From: Bacteroidota bacterium
GTDB taxonomy: Bacteria; Bacteroidota; Ignavibacteria; UBA10030; UBA6906
Direction: 5' to 3'
NCBI GenBank assembly: GCA_030835135.1
Contig: JAUQWO010000070.1
Span: 23,548 to 87,547 of the forward strand
Length of the DNA: 64,000 bases
Each line of letters opens with the position of its first letter. Within the stretch, counting starts at the first letter, position 1. The notes beneath the pieces are model-generated. The model was not told the origin of the DNA and did not search any database. It worked only from the letters and a program-made list of their open reading frames with translations. Position numbers and translations under genes: made by a program. Positions 41,106 to 51,151 of the stretch are shown here, piece after piece.

Positions 41106-42032
41106 ATGAAGCCCGGTCTCCATATCGCCCTTGTTGGTGTTCTTGGCATGATGCTCATGGCCTGCAACCAGCCCTTCGAACCGGATGGGCCGGCGAGCAG
41201 CAAACTCGTTGTCTACAGCGTCCTGAATGGAGCATCATCGACACAGTTCGTCCGCCTTGCCGCAACATATGCAACGGCCCCCTCCCCGTCGCTGCGTCAG
41301 GCATCTGTGTCCATGACCTCGAACGGGACGACCGTGCAGTTCAGGGACACGACCATTGCAACCGTCGATGCGGCTGGGGCACCGGTGTCGATCCCGGTGT
41401 TCGTCGCGACGCAGATGCCCATCATCGGCGGCAGCTCATACACGCTTCACGTCACCGATCCCTCCGGTCTTCGGGCTGATGTCCGGACCACTGCTCTGGT
41501 GCCGCCGGACTTCGCGATCACCAATGCAAAGGTCTTGAGCCGCAGCGTACGGTCGCAGATCATCCTGAACACCACCTTCGGGTCGTTCGATGGCGCGTTC
41601 GTGATGCACTTCTATCTGGATTTCTATGCGTTCGTAAATGGAGGGTGGGAGTTACAGCAGGAGGAAGTCCCCTTGCGCAGATATGAAGAGACGGATGGAA
41701 GCATGGTGAAGGTCTACCCGGCACTCGATCTGGTCCGGACCCATGCGGCATCCCGGGCAATTGTCCCCATCCGGTACGATACTCTTCAATACGATCAGAC
41801 CCGGTCCGATATCATCACGCGTTTCCCCGCCGCACCGGTGGTCTGGCTGCGTGCACGATTTGTGCTCACGCAGATCGATAATGTGCTGTACAACTACTAC
41901 TACGTGAACAACGGGCCGCGCGACAACTCCACGATCCGCATGGACCAACCCGATTACACGAACATCCCGCAAGGGCTCGGGGTCTTCGGCAGCTCGGTGA
42001 CGGTCACCAGGAACTACCCGCTCACAAATTAG
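41106..42032 (+). CDS. DUF4249-like lipoprotein
   Basis: Lipobox LMAC, LVVYSVL, C-terminal YTNI.QGLGVFGS; 3 bp after the receptor gene. Confidence 0.8.
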   Translation: MKPGLHIALVGVLGMMLMACNQPFEPDGPASSKLVVYSVLNGASSTQFVRLAATYATAPSPSLRQASVSMTSNGTTVQFRDTTIATVDAAGAPVSIPVFVATQMPIIGGSSYTLHVTDPSGLRADVRTTALVPPDFAITNAKVLSRSVRSQIILNTTFGSFDGAFVMHFYLDFYAFVNGGWELQQEEVPLRRYEETDGSMVKVYPALDLVRTHAASRAIVPIRYDTLQYDQTRSDIITRFPAAPVVWLRARFVLTQIDNVLYNYYYVNNGPRDNSTIRMDQPDYTNIPQGLGVFGSSVTVTRNYPLTN

Positions 42033-42115
42033 TCCCTCCCCCGGCGGCCGACTGCTTCCCGCACCGCGGTGAAGCATCTCCGGCACGCGGCGTACGCCCA
42101 CCGTGTGCCTGACCG

Positions 42116-44239
42116 TTAGCGGACGAGCATCATCATCTTCACATCATGGAATTCCACGCCGCTGCCACGGACATTCATGCGGCAGAAGTAGATCCCCGAT
42201 GCCAGGGCACCTCCGCCGAACTCCACGGTATGCCGCCCCGGACTCTTCGGTTCACTGACCAAGACGGCCACCTCGCGGCCAAGCACGTCGTACACGCCGA
42301 TATGTACCATCACTCGCCCTTCGCTGGAGGCCCCGATCTCATACGGGATGATGGAGCGTGGATTGAACGGGTTCGGATAGTTCTGACCAAGACGGAAATG
42401 CCCGGGCTGCTGCGGATCATCGTCCACCCCGAGAGAGGCAAAGAATTCCACAAGCGTCCGACGATAGACCCCCCCTCCGTCTGTTCCGCAATAGACATAG
42501 GGGCTGTCGATCTCGATAGAGGTCACTCCGGGGACATCGAGTCCGGCGTTCGCTTGCCACCAGCTCACGCCGTGATCCACCGACACGAACACCCCGCCCC
42601 GACCGGAGCCGGCGATCAACTTGTCATGGAACAGCGCCACGGCAGTACAGGAGTTCCCCTCGAATCCGCTATCTGCGCGGACCCATTGCTCAGCACCTGC
42701 CGCGGCGATGAATGGTCCGGCACCGGTCGCGGCAATGACATTCCCATTCAACGTAGCGAACCCGAGAACATCCAGATTGGTGAGACCGGTATTCAATGAC
42801 GCCCAGCCCAGACCGTTGTCGCCGGATTCGAGGATCCCCTTCCCGCTCGTCCCGGCCATGACCACCGGCCCGCCAGGGCCGAACGATTGCACAATGGTCC
42901 CGGACAGGTCCCATATCGACCCTGCGCCGAAGCGCCAATCAACACCGTTGTTGGTGGAACTATAGATGCCCCGCGCTCCCGGCCCGGTGTAGAGGACGCC
43001 GTTCACGAACTTCACCGTGTTCACACCCTCCGAGTTCCCGGTGTTCCTTGCCACCCATTGGCTCGCTCCGTCTGCAAGCGCGAACACGCCCGCAACGGTC
43101 CCCGCGAATGTTGTCGCATTGCCATGGGTGAGTCCGGTGACCGTGGCCGACCCCAGCCCGTCGTTCCTGGCCCCCCACGTCACGCCGTTGTTCGTCGTAA
43201 CGAACACGCCGCCGCTCTTCGTTCCGACAATGACCGCGCCATTCCCGGAGACCACCCCGCTCACCTGTGCGCTCATCAGTCCGGCGGACGCGGACGACCA
43301 ATGATATCCACCATCAGAGGAGACCAGGATGCCGTCGCCCGTTGCCGCATACAGGGCGCTCCCGACGGCGAGCAGCGACCCCACGGATCTGCTCGTGAGG
43401 CCCGGGTCCACGGTATCCCACGAGACACCGTTGTTCTTCGTGATCCCGAGGGTACCGTTCCCGGTCGCGGCCACCAGGCACGGTGTGCCGGACGCCGGTG
43501 TGACACTCGCAAGCGATACGACGAGACTATGCGGCAGCCCCGCGCCAACGTGCGTCCAGTTCGCACCGTCGTCAGTCGAGACGAACACACCCTTGTTCGA
43601 TGTCGCAGCGAACACTGTACTCCCGAGCGCCGCCAGCGATGTGACCGCCGTGGACGTCATTCCGGCATTCGATTGCGTCCAGTTGTCGCCGCCATCGGTG
43701 GAAATGTAGACACCGGTGGAAGCGGAGGCGCCGAACACCCTGGATCCGACGCCGAGAAAGGTGAGCACCATCCCCGTACCGAGTCCCTTCCCGGAGGGGA
43801 GCCACATTGCGCCGCCGTCCGTTGATCGGAACGCGCCGAACGTGGATGGCCCTGCAAAGAGCGTGCTCCCGATGGCAGAGATGACATTCACGTTGTTGCT
43901 TATCAGTCCGTCGCTCGCGAGCGTCCAACTGGCACCGGCGTTGGTACTGGCCCAGATACCGGCCCCGGAGACAGCGGCATACACCTTCGATGGTGTCGCG
44001 GCGAGCGCGGTGATCGCGAGCGAGGGAAGTCCCGTGAATGCGGGTTTCCAGGTCGCACCGGCGTTGGTCGAGACGTACACACCTCCCCCGGTGATCGACC
44101 CGGCAAAGAGCGCTGAGCCATTGGACGCAAGCGTGGAGACCGGGCCGGGTGGGCCCAGAGGCACCCACTGGGCGGAGAGATGAGCTACCGGCACAGCGAT
44201 CATGAACAGTACGGCGCAGAAGAGTACGCGGGTGGCCAT
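42116..44239 (-). CDS. T9SS-secreted BNR/Asp-box beta-propeller protein
   Basis: Signal peptide; more than 12 S.D/NGG.TW Asp-box repeats with GL...V..L spacers; CTD LGQNYPNPFNP...GIYFC. Confidence 0.88.
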   Translation of the reverse strand: MATRVLFCAVLFMIAVPVAHLSAQWVPLGPPGPVSTLASNGSALFAGSITGGGVYVSTNAGATWKPAFTGLPSLAITALAATPSKVYAAVSGAGIWASTNAGASWTLASDGLISNNVNVISAIGSTLFAGPSTFGAFRSTDGGAMWLPSGKGLGTGMVLTFLGVGSRVFGASASTGVYISTDGGDNWTQSNAGMTSTAVTSLAALGSTVFAATSNKGVFVSTDDGANWTHVGAGLPHSLVVSLASVTPASGTPCLVAATGNGTLGITKNNGVSWDTVDPGLTSRSVGSLLAVGSALYAATGDGILVSSDGGYHWSSASAGLMSAQVSGVVSGNGAVIVGTKSGGVFVTTNNGVTWGARNDGLGSATVTGLTHGNATTFAGTVAGVFALADGASQWVARNTGNSEGVNTVKFVNGVLYTGPGARGIYSSTNNGVDWRFGAGSIWDLSGTIVQSFGPGGPVVMAGTSGKGILESGDNGLGWASLNTGLTNLDVLGFATLNGNVIAATGAGPFIAAAGAEQWVRADSGFEGNSCTAVALFHDKLIAGSGRGGVFVSVDHGVSWWQANAGLDVPGVTSIEIDSPYVYCGTDGGGVYRRTLVEFFASLGVDDDPQQPGHFRLGQNYPNPFNPRSIIPYEIGASSEGRVMVHIGVYDVLGREVAVLVSEPKSPGRHTVEFGGGALASGIYFCRMNVRGSGVEFHDVKMMMLVR

Positions 44240-44386
44240 GGCATGTCCGAAGGTGTGGGTGAGACGTCAGGTCAATATACGACATTCCTCCGAGCAGCGC
44301 CAGAGAGCGGGGATCCGGAGGCTCACCCGTTCTTTTGATCACGAGATTCCGTATCTTTGAGGAGACACTTTCCATCCGGACGTACC

Positions 44387-47074
44387 ATGAAGTACCTGCT
44401 GTTCGCCGTATTGAATCTGTACTCGGCCCACCTCGTCGCTGGCGACGGGCGCGTTCTCTTCGTCATTGGATCGGACACGGGACTCTGGACGGGCCTCAAC
44501 GTCGCGCACTACCGCTGCACGCTCTCCGGGGCACTATATACCGACCCCGCGATGAATGCCTCTCGTGTCATGGATCCAGCATTCCGTTCCGCACTCACCG
44601 ACCGCCACGGGACTCCGATGAAGCTCACGTGGTGGATGATGGCGGGCAACATGTTCCGGATGTCCGTGAACACGGACATCCCCGTGCCCAGCACCATGCC
44701 GGTCTATCTGATGAAGCGGTTCCATGGTGACCGGATCCGGCAGTGGGGCGATGAACTCACGTTCCACTATCATACCTGGGTCTGGAGCGACCGCAACGGC
44801 GATGGGATCTGGTACTGGAATCAGGGGATCTCGTATGATGAGTTCGCCCCCGACTTCGACCAGACGCTCGCTGAGATGCTCCTCGAGGAGGAGGTGTTCC
44901 CCGTCTCGTTCCGCAGCGGATGGCATGCCATGGACAATGCCTGGCAACAACGGATCGACCGACTGCTTCCCTTCAGCATGCACAATGACTGGCCGGGGAT
45001 ACACGCGGACGCCACCGAACCGGTCGACAACGTGTACGACTGGTCACGTGCTCCATCAGCGTCCGTCCCCTTCCACCCATCCCTGTCCGACTACCAGGTC
45101 CCCGGCAATGCCCGGGGCTGGAATCTCCGATCCAGCTACATCACGAAAGGCGACTCGGCGTTCCTCGCGAAGCTCTTCGCACAGGCAGCGGGCGGCGTCG
45201 ATCAGGTCGTCTGCCTCTGGGCACACCTGCCGGAGGCGGATTTCGCGGAGAACCTGCAGCGACTGAATGCTGCCGTGCACGCGGTCGCCGCCCGGTATCC
45301 CTCCATCGACTATCGGTACTGCACCGCTGTCGAAGCCATGCAGGCATGGCTCGGTGGCGCGGACACCACGGCCCCGCAACTCACCATCACCGAATCGGAG
45401 GCGTCCACCGGGGGAGTTCTCTGGACCATCCGATCCGACGAGCCGATCTTCCAACCGGAGCCCTTTGTCGCCGTCAAGGACCGATACGAGCGATACCGGA
45501 TACTGCCCCTCGAACGTACGGGTCCCTCCGCATGGCGGACCACGGCAGGGGTTGCCCGCGCCGACCTTGCCCGCCTGGGCGTGGCCGCCACCGATACATC
45601 GGGGAACCTGAGCACCAGGTCCATCCGATACCTTCCGGACGATGTCATCATAGACAATGCAGCCACCGGGTATGCCGAATCCCGCGGCTCCTGGAGCACG
45701 GTGAAGGGAAGCGGGTTCGATGCATCGTATCGCACATGCACCGTCCCGGCAGGAGATTCCGCAATGGCACGATGGACCTTCACGCTCCCGGAGGCTGGCA
45801 CATTCAATCTCTCCCTCCGGGTTCCGGCGACCGCCGCACCCTGTACGAAGGGGCAGGTCCGATGGGGCGAGACCGGCAGTGAGAGCGTGACATCCTTCGC
45901 CACCCCGCTCCCCTCAGAGACATGGTCCCATGTGGGCACACTCCGGTCGTCAGGTCCCCTGACCGGACATGTCACTCTCACGTATCTTGGATCGCCGGGC
46001 GCAACAACATGCGGTGCGGATGCCGTGAGGATCACCGCCCTCGTGCGCGACGTGTGGATCGAAGCACCGGCATCCGTGGACGCTGGTGCTCTCATCGTTG
46101 ATGAACCCTCGAACGGGTCGCTCACTCTGCGCAACTCGGGAGTGACAGCCGCACATATTCTCTCGGCAGTATCGCTTCGCGGAAGTACATCGATGATCGA
46201 CGCACTTCCGGTGCCTGTTCCGCCGATGGGTGAGCGGGTCCTGCATTTCCGCTGCGTCCCCCCGGCCGTCGGCAGCTATGCCGATACGCTCATCCTCACA
46301 ACGGACGACCCCTACCATGCAGAGGTCCGGACCCCGATCCACGGTGTGGTCCGTGAATACTTTGTACTCCTTGATGATCGTGATCCCGACCGCTACAGTG
46401 AAACAGGCACCTGGGCATTCAGTTCGGCCGGCGGGCTCAACGCAACAAGCCGCTATGCGTACCCCGCAGCGGGAGTGTCTGCGCAATTCCGCGTGCGACT
46501 GCTGAAACCTGGCTCCTACGACGTCGGGATGATCGTTCCGACGACCGTGAACGCCACCGTGCGTGCGCGCTACGACCTGACGTGTGGCTCCACACGGCTC
46601 GATTCTGTGTTCATCGATCAGAACGCCGGGAGCGGCGGCTGGGTCCGCCTCTGGACCCGGGATCTGCCGGTGGACACGACACTCGTGGTGCGCCTCACCG
46701 ATGCGATGTCACCGGTGATCGCCGGCAGGGTCCTGCGCACAGATGCCGTCCAGTTCCAGTGGACCGGCACGGGCACATCGGTCCGGGGCAGCGATTCGCG
46801 GGAGGTGCCAGTAGTGAATGGGATGGAACAGAATTACCCCAATCCATTCAACCCATCCACCCGCATCGCCATCTCGCTCGCCGCCCGGCAACGCGTGATC
46901 GTCACCGTATGCGATGTGCTGGGCAGGAATGTGGCCCTGCTCCTGGACGAGGTGCGTGATGCGGGAACCTTCACCCTCGCGTTCAACGGGGCCGGGCTTT
47001 CGAGCGGCATCTATGTCTGCAGGATGCGCATCGGCACCGCGACATATTCCCGGAAAATGCTCCTGGTGAAGTGA
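44387..47074 (+). CDS. T9SS-secreted protein: divergent NodB/CE4-like domain, two golvesin/Xly-like beta-domains, CTD
   Basis: GSDT, ELTFHYH, FRSGWH, LWAH motifs; IIDN...Y.E.G.W and LDD.D..YSETGTW domains; EQNYPNPFNPST CTD. Start ATG 44387. Confidence 0.7.
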   Translation: MKYLLFAVLNLYSAHLVAGDGRVLFVIGSDTGLWTGLNVAHYRCTLSGALYTDPAMNASRVMDPAFRSALTDRHGTPMKLTWWMMAGNMFRMSVNTDIPVPSTMPVYLMKRFHGDRIRQWGDELTFHYHTWVWSDRNGDGIWYWNQGISYDEFAPDFDQTLAEMLLEEEVFPVSFRSGWHAMDNAWQQRIDRLLPFSMHNDWPGIHADATEPVDNVYDWSRAPSASVPFHPSLSDYQVPGNARGWNLRSSYITKGDSAFLAKLFAQAAGGVDQVVCLWAHLPEADFAENLQRLNAAVHAVAARYPSIDYRYCTAVEAMQAWLGGADTTAPQLTITESEASTGGVLWTIRSDEPIFQPEPFVAVKDRYERYRILPLERTGPSAWRTTAGVARADLARLGVAATDTSGNLSTRSIRYLPDDVIIDNAATGYAESRGSWSTVKGSGFDASYRTCTVPAGDSAMARWTFTLPEAGTFNLSLRVPATAAPCTKGQVRWGETGSESVTSFATPLPSETWSHVGTLRSSGPLTGHVTLTYLGSPGATTCGADAVRITALVRDVWIEAPASVDAGALIVDEPSNGSLTLRNSGVTAAHILSAVSLRGSTSMIDALPVPVPPMGERVLHFRCVPPAVGSYADTLILTTDDPYHAEVRTPIHGVVREYFVLLDDRDPDRYSETGTWAFSSAGGLNATSRYAYPAAGVSAQFRVRLLKPGSYDVGMIVPTTVNATVRARYDLTCGSTRLDSVFIDQNAGSGGWVRLWTRDLPVDTTLVVRLTDAMSPVIAGRVLRTDAVQFQWTGTGTSVRGSDSREVPVVNGMEQNYPNPFNPSTRIAISLAARQRVIVTVCDVLGRNVALLLDEVRDAGTFTLAFNGAGLSSGIYVCRMRIGTATYSRKMLLVK

Positions 47075-47216
47075 ATGTCCACCGCATGGTCCGTTGTCCC
47101 GGCACATCACCATGCGGTGCGTGACACGAAGCATGCCGGCGATGGCTGATGTTGTCCAGAGCGGGGCTACGCCACGCACGAGGACTCAGCGTTTCTTCCA
47201 GAGACAGGAGCATCGT

Positions 47217-48362
47217 ATGGGGTCACACAGGATCAGCGCTCTCCTTGCAGTGCTGCTCTGCCAGTCGCAGGCAACCACACAGACCCTTGACCTTCCGCCC
47301 CGCGCCGTGGACGCACTCTCCCGCGATGCGATCATCACATTGATCACCCCCCTCCCACGCGACGCACGAGAGGACACGCTGTTCCGGCTTGTCACGTCGG
47401 GCAACATCCCGGCATTCCTGCGAACGCTCGTCCCCATCACCGCCGCGGCCATGGTCAATGGTGTGGAACGCAGTCTGACATACTACGTCACGCCCGAGTA
47501 CCTGGCGGTCGGACCGGATGACCGTTCGTTCCTCATCCCGATGACCCCACTTCTGGCGCAACGCATCGCCGACGCACTCCACTGCACGCTCCCCACGCGC
47601 AAGATGGTGAACGATATCTATCGTGCTGCCCCGTTGAAGCTCGCCCCTTCACCGATCCCTCCCAGCGCTGCAATGATCACGGTACCGGTATTCGCCCAGC
47701 ACGACTCCATCGTGTGGGCCCAGAGGCAACCCGTTCTCGGCTCCTATCCTCATGGGACCTTGACGGGTGGGACGAAAAAGGACGTGGTGATCTCCAACAG
47801 GATCACGACCGATCTCAAGACAGGGGTGCCGAAGCCCGTGGTGATCTACGGATGGCATCAACTGAATGGAAGCGCGATCCAACCACTCTACAACGGTCAC
47901 GGAGAAACGTACGCGGATTACAGTCACGGGATACGGCTCGTTCACACTGCGGTGCTGCTGGATGGGGCTCCGACGACAGTGGGTGCGGTCCTGCAGGACA
48001 ACTTCTTGTCCACCCTACTGAGTGACGAAGGTGCGATCGCCCGGCCGCGATATGGAGACGCGCCGGCGGGTATCGGCACAGACCCCGATACCGGTGACCG
48101 CGGTTCGCTGATCGAAAGGGTCTATCCGAACCCATTCAACGCGTCAACCGAGATCCGCTACCGGCTCGCCTCCCAGGATATGGTCACGCTGAAGGTGTAC
48201 GACATGCTCGGGCGCGTGGCGGCGACACTTGTTGACGCAGCAGTGGAACCCGGAAACCACGAAGTGACCTTCGACGGGTCGGGGCTTGCAAGCGGTGTCT
48301 ATATCGTGCGCGTCAGCACAGGAAGGTCTGTCGAGAGCGGGAAGGTCATCCTCATGCGGTGA
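47217..48362 (+). CDS. T9SS-secreted protein with uncharacterised conserved domain
   Basis: CAGGAG RBS, signal peptide; motifs LPTRKMVNDIY, KKDVV, IYGWH...IQP, H..YADYSHG.RLV; VYPNPFNAST CTD. Confidence 0.78.
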   Translation: MGSHRISALLAVLLCQSQATTQTLDLPPRAVDALSRDAIITLITPLPRDAREDTLFRLVTSGNIPAFLRTLVPITAAAMVNGVERSLTYYVTPEYLAVGPDDRSFLIPMTPLLAQRIADALHCTLPTRKMVNDIYRAAPLKLAPSPIPPSAAMITVPVFAQHDSIVWAQRQPVLGSYPHGTLTGGTKKDVVISNRITTDLKTGVPKPVVIYGWHQLNGSAIQPLYNGHGETYADYSHGIRLVHTAVLLDGAPTTVGAVLQDNFLSTLLSDEGAIARPRYGDAPAGIGTDPDTGDRGSLIERVYPNPFNASTEIRYRLASQDMVTLKVYDMLGRVAATLVDAAVEPGNHEVTFDGSGLASGVYIVRVSTGRSVESGKVILMR

Positions 48363-48463
48363 GCCAACACGCGGAGCAGTGTCCCGCCCGACACTGCTTC
48401 AACGGTGCGCGGGGGGGTGCGATCCGGCTGGCATCGCACCGCCGGTGATGTTCGAGGACGGCC

Positions 48464-51013
48464 TCATCGCGAGCGATCCTGCGGATGCACCGGGTCGGGT
48501 TCGATCCAGGGGAGGAGGATCTCGATGATCCGTTTCGAGAATGCTCCGCGGGGATGGTTCACGCGCATCGAATTGAGGACCACCGAGAGGCTGCTCGCGA
48601 CCATCGCACCCGCGGCCACCAGGGGGTTCATCAGCCCGGAGACTGCGAGGGCGATCCCGATCGTATTGTACAGGAATGCCCAGGCAAGGTTTTGTTTCAT
48701 GATCCGGGTGCCCCGGCGGGCGATCTCGACCGCCTCCGGGATCAGCGTCAGGTCGTCGCGTAGGAGCGTGACCGGCGCCGCATGGATCGCCATCTCCGTC
48801 CCTCCGCCCATGGCGATACCAACGTCCGCCTGAGCCAGAGCCGGCGCATCGTTCACCCCATCGCCCACCATCACCACCCTCTTCCCCTGCTGCTGCAGAT
48901 GCGAGATCATTGCGATCTTCCCCGCCGGCAGAGCGCCCGCCGCGAACTCCCCGATACCCGCCTGTCCCGCGATCGCAGCCGTGGTGGCCTGCATGTCGCC
49001 CGAAAGCAGTTGCACCTCCACCCCGAGGGCCCCGAGTCGTTCCACCGCGGGCCGCGCGCTCGGTTTGAGAGAATCGCCCAGCACGAATGCAACAGGTGAC
49101 CCTCCAGGAGCGATCGCACCGTACACGACCGTCTTTCCTGACGCGGCGGCACGGACAGCCGCCTCTTCGGTCGCCGGCGCGGGACGGATCCCACTGCTTT
49201 CCAGGAATGCTCGTGAGCCAAGAATGATGTTGTTCCCCTCGACCGTCCCACGGATCCCCTGTCCATCAACGATCGTCACATCGGTCGCGGAGGCAAGCGT
49301 GAGCCGGTGCTTGCGCGCCACCCTGATGATCGCCTGCGCGACGGGATGACTCGAGGCCTGCTCGAGGGATGCCGCAAGACGAAGGAGGTCGCCGGTTTCC
49401 GGCGTCACACCATGGATCTCGTCGCAGTCAAAGTTCCCCGCCGTGAGCGTCCCGGTCTTGTCGAACACCGCCGCAGACGCTGATCCGAGGACCTCCAGAA
49501 CCATCCCGTCGCGGACGAGGATACCGCGGCGTGCAGCGTGGCCGATGCCCGCGGCGATCGCCAGAGGCGTTGCCATGCCCAGGACGCACGGGCAGGCGAT
49601 AAGGAGAACCGTGATCGCACGAAGGATGGATGCTTCCATGCCCGCACCGAGAGCGAACATCACGAGACCCGTGATCACCGACACGACGAGGACGCCGGGA
49701 ATGAACACGCGCGACACCCTGTCCACCATCCGTTCGAGGTCCGACTTGCTGGCCAGGGCGCCCTCGACCATGCGGATGATCGACGAGAGGATGGTGTCCT
49801 TTCCGCACGCATCGACACGGACCTCCATGATGCCGTTGACGTTCATGGAAGAAGCCAGCACCTTCGCTCCCTCGCACTTCTTCACGAGACGGGATTCACC
49901 GGTGAGCAACGATTCATCCACGACGCCACCTCCGACCACCACGGTACCGTCCGCAGGGATCTTCTCACCCGATCGCACGACGAAGATCTCCCCGGGCTGG
50001 AGCTTTTCGGTGGAGATCAGCCGTTCTCCCTCCGGGGCTTTCACGCGCACCTTCTTCGGCATCATGGTATACAGCCTGTGCACACCTTCCGACGCCCGGT
50101 GTTTCGCGCTCACCTCGATCAGTTTTCCGACCAGGAGAAGGGCCACCAGCCCGCCAGACGTGTCGAAGTAGAAGTTCCCGCCGCCGGTCAGCAGTTGGTG
50201 TACGCTGAAGAAGAATGCCGAGAATATCCCGATCGAGAAAAGGAGTTCCATCGTGGGGACGCCGCCCCGGAGGCTGCGGAAGGCCTTGCGGTGGATGGGC
50301 ATGCCACACCAGAAGACCGACGGAAGCGCGAAACCGAACAGGATCCACGGGAACATCGCCGTGATCGCGGGAGGGAGGTCCTGGAAGTACCCTACGTACA
50401 GCGTGTAGCTGAAGAACATCAGGTTGTTCATCAGGAAAAGGGCGATGCCCATCCTGAGGAGGAGCGAGCGCCGCTCGGCGGACCGCTCACCGGGGTCAGC
50501 ATCACGTTCCGTCGCCGCGTAGCCGAGATCAGCGATCCTCTGGCGGATGTGCTCCGCGGAGACCTGTGCCGGCCGGAAGACGACCTTCGCGGTGTCGGAT
50601 GCATACAACACGTTTGCCCGCACCACACCCGGTTCCGCCCCGATCACCTTCTCGATGAGCCAGGAACAGGACGAACACCACATGCCATCCACGTGGAGCA
50701 CGAGTTCGTCCCCGTCCTCCGGCATGTGCTCCTCCGCGGGCGCCACAACCTCATCCGTGACGGGCTTGCCGATGATGCCAAGACGCAGACTGGTCTGATA
50801 GAGGTCGGACGACCGGAAGTCACCCCCGAGCAGCCCGCTTTCGGCCAGGATGAGGAACACCTGACGGCATCCGGCACAGCAGAAGCGATAGTCGTTGCCA
50901 CGCCACTCTGCGTCGTGCGCATGCCGCGACAACGGCAGCGCACAGAGGTCGCATGCGGTGCCTGTCTCAGATCGGACAGTCGGGGCAACCGGGGAGAGGG
51001 ACGTGGTGTTCAT
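48464..51013 (-). CDS. ccoI: heavy-metal P1B-type ATPase (CcoI/FixI-like Cu transporter)
   Basis: N-terminal CDLC and FCCAGC, HMA GMWCSSC, TGES, CPC, DKTGT, GDGVND; at the end of the cbb3 operon. Confidence 0.9.
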   Translation of the reverse strand: MNTTSLSPVAPTVRSETGTACDLCALPLSRHAHDAEWRGNDYRFCCAGCRQVFLILAESGLLGGDFRSSDLYQTSLRLGIIGKPVTDEVVAPAEEHMPEDGDELVLHVDGMWCSSCSWLIEKVIGAEPGVVRANVLYASDTAKVVFRPAQVSAEHIRQRIADLGYAATERDADPGERSAERRSLLLRMGIALFLMNNLMFFSYTLYVGYFQDLPPAITAMFPWILFGFALPSVFWCGMPIHRKAFRSLRGGVPTMELLFSIGIFSAFFFSVHQLLTGGGNFYFDTSGGLVALLLVGKLIEVSAKHRASEGVHRLYTMMPKKVRVKAPEGERLISTEKLQPGEIFVVRSGEKIPADGTVVVGGGVVDESLLTGESRLVKKCEGAKVLASSMNVNGIMEVRVDACGKDTILSSIIRMVEGALASKSDLERMVDRVSRVFIPGVLVVSVITGLVMFALGAGMEASILRAITVLLIACPCVLGMATPLAIAAGIGHAARRGILVRDGMVLEVLGSASAAVFDKTGTLTAGNFDCDEIHGVTPETGDLLRLAASLEQASSHPVAQAIIRVARKHRLTLASATDVTIVDGQGIRGTVEGNNIILGSRAFLESSGIRPAPATEEAAVRAAASGKTVVYGAIAPGGSPVAFVLGDSLKPSARPAVERLGALGVEVQLLSGDMQATTAAIAGQAGIGEFAAGALPAGKIAMISHLQQQGKRVVMVGDGVNDAPALAQADVGIAMGGGTEMAIHAAPVTLLRDDLTLIPEAVEIARRGTRIMKQNLAWAFLYNTIGIALAVSGLMNPLVAAGAMVASSLSVVLNSMRVNHPRGAFSKRIIEILLPWIEPDPVHPQDRSR

Positions 51014-51025
51014 GCCTGTGGGCGC

Positions 51026-51151
51026 CTACTTTGCGAGGATCTTTCCATCCTCGTACTTCACCTCGTGGATGGGCGTGCGGACCGCGATCACTGCCATGAG
51101 CACGAGGATCGCGATGAAGACCGCGAGCGTGGCATAGATGCTTTTCTTCAT
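51026..51151 (-). CDS. 41-aa single-TM small protein (not in ORF track)
   Basis: MKKSIYATLAVFIAILVLMAVIAVRTPIHEVKYEDGKILAK*; ATG overlaps the ccoG stop (ATGA) and the stop lies 12 nt before the ATPase start. Confidence 0.7.
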   Translation of the reverse strand: MKKSIYATLAVFIAILVLMAVIAVRTPIHEVKYEDGKILAK

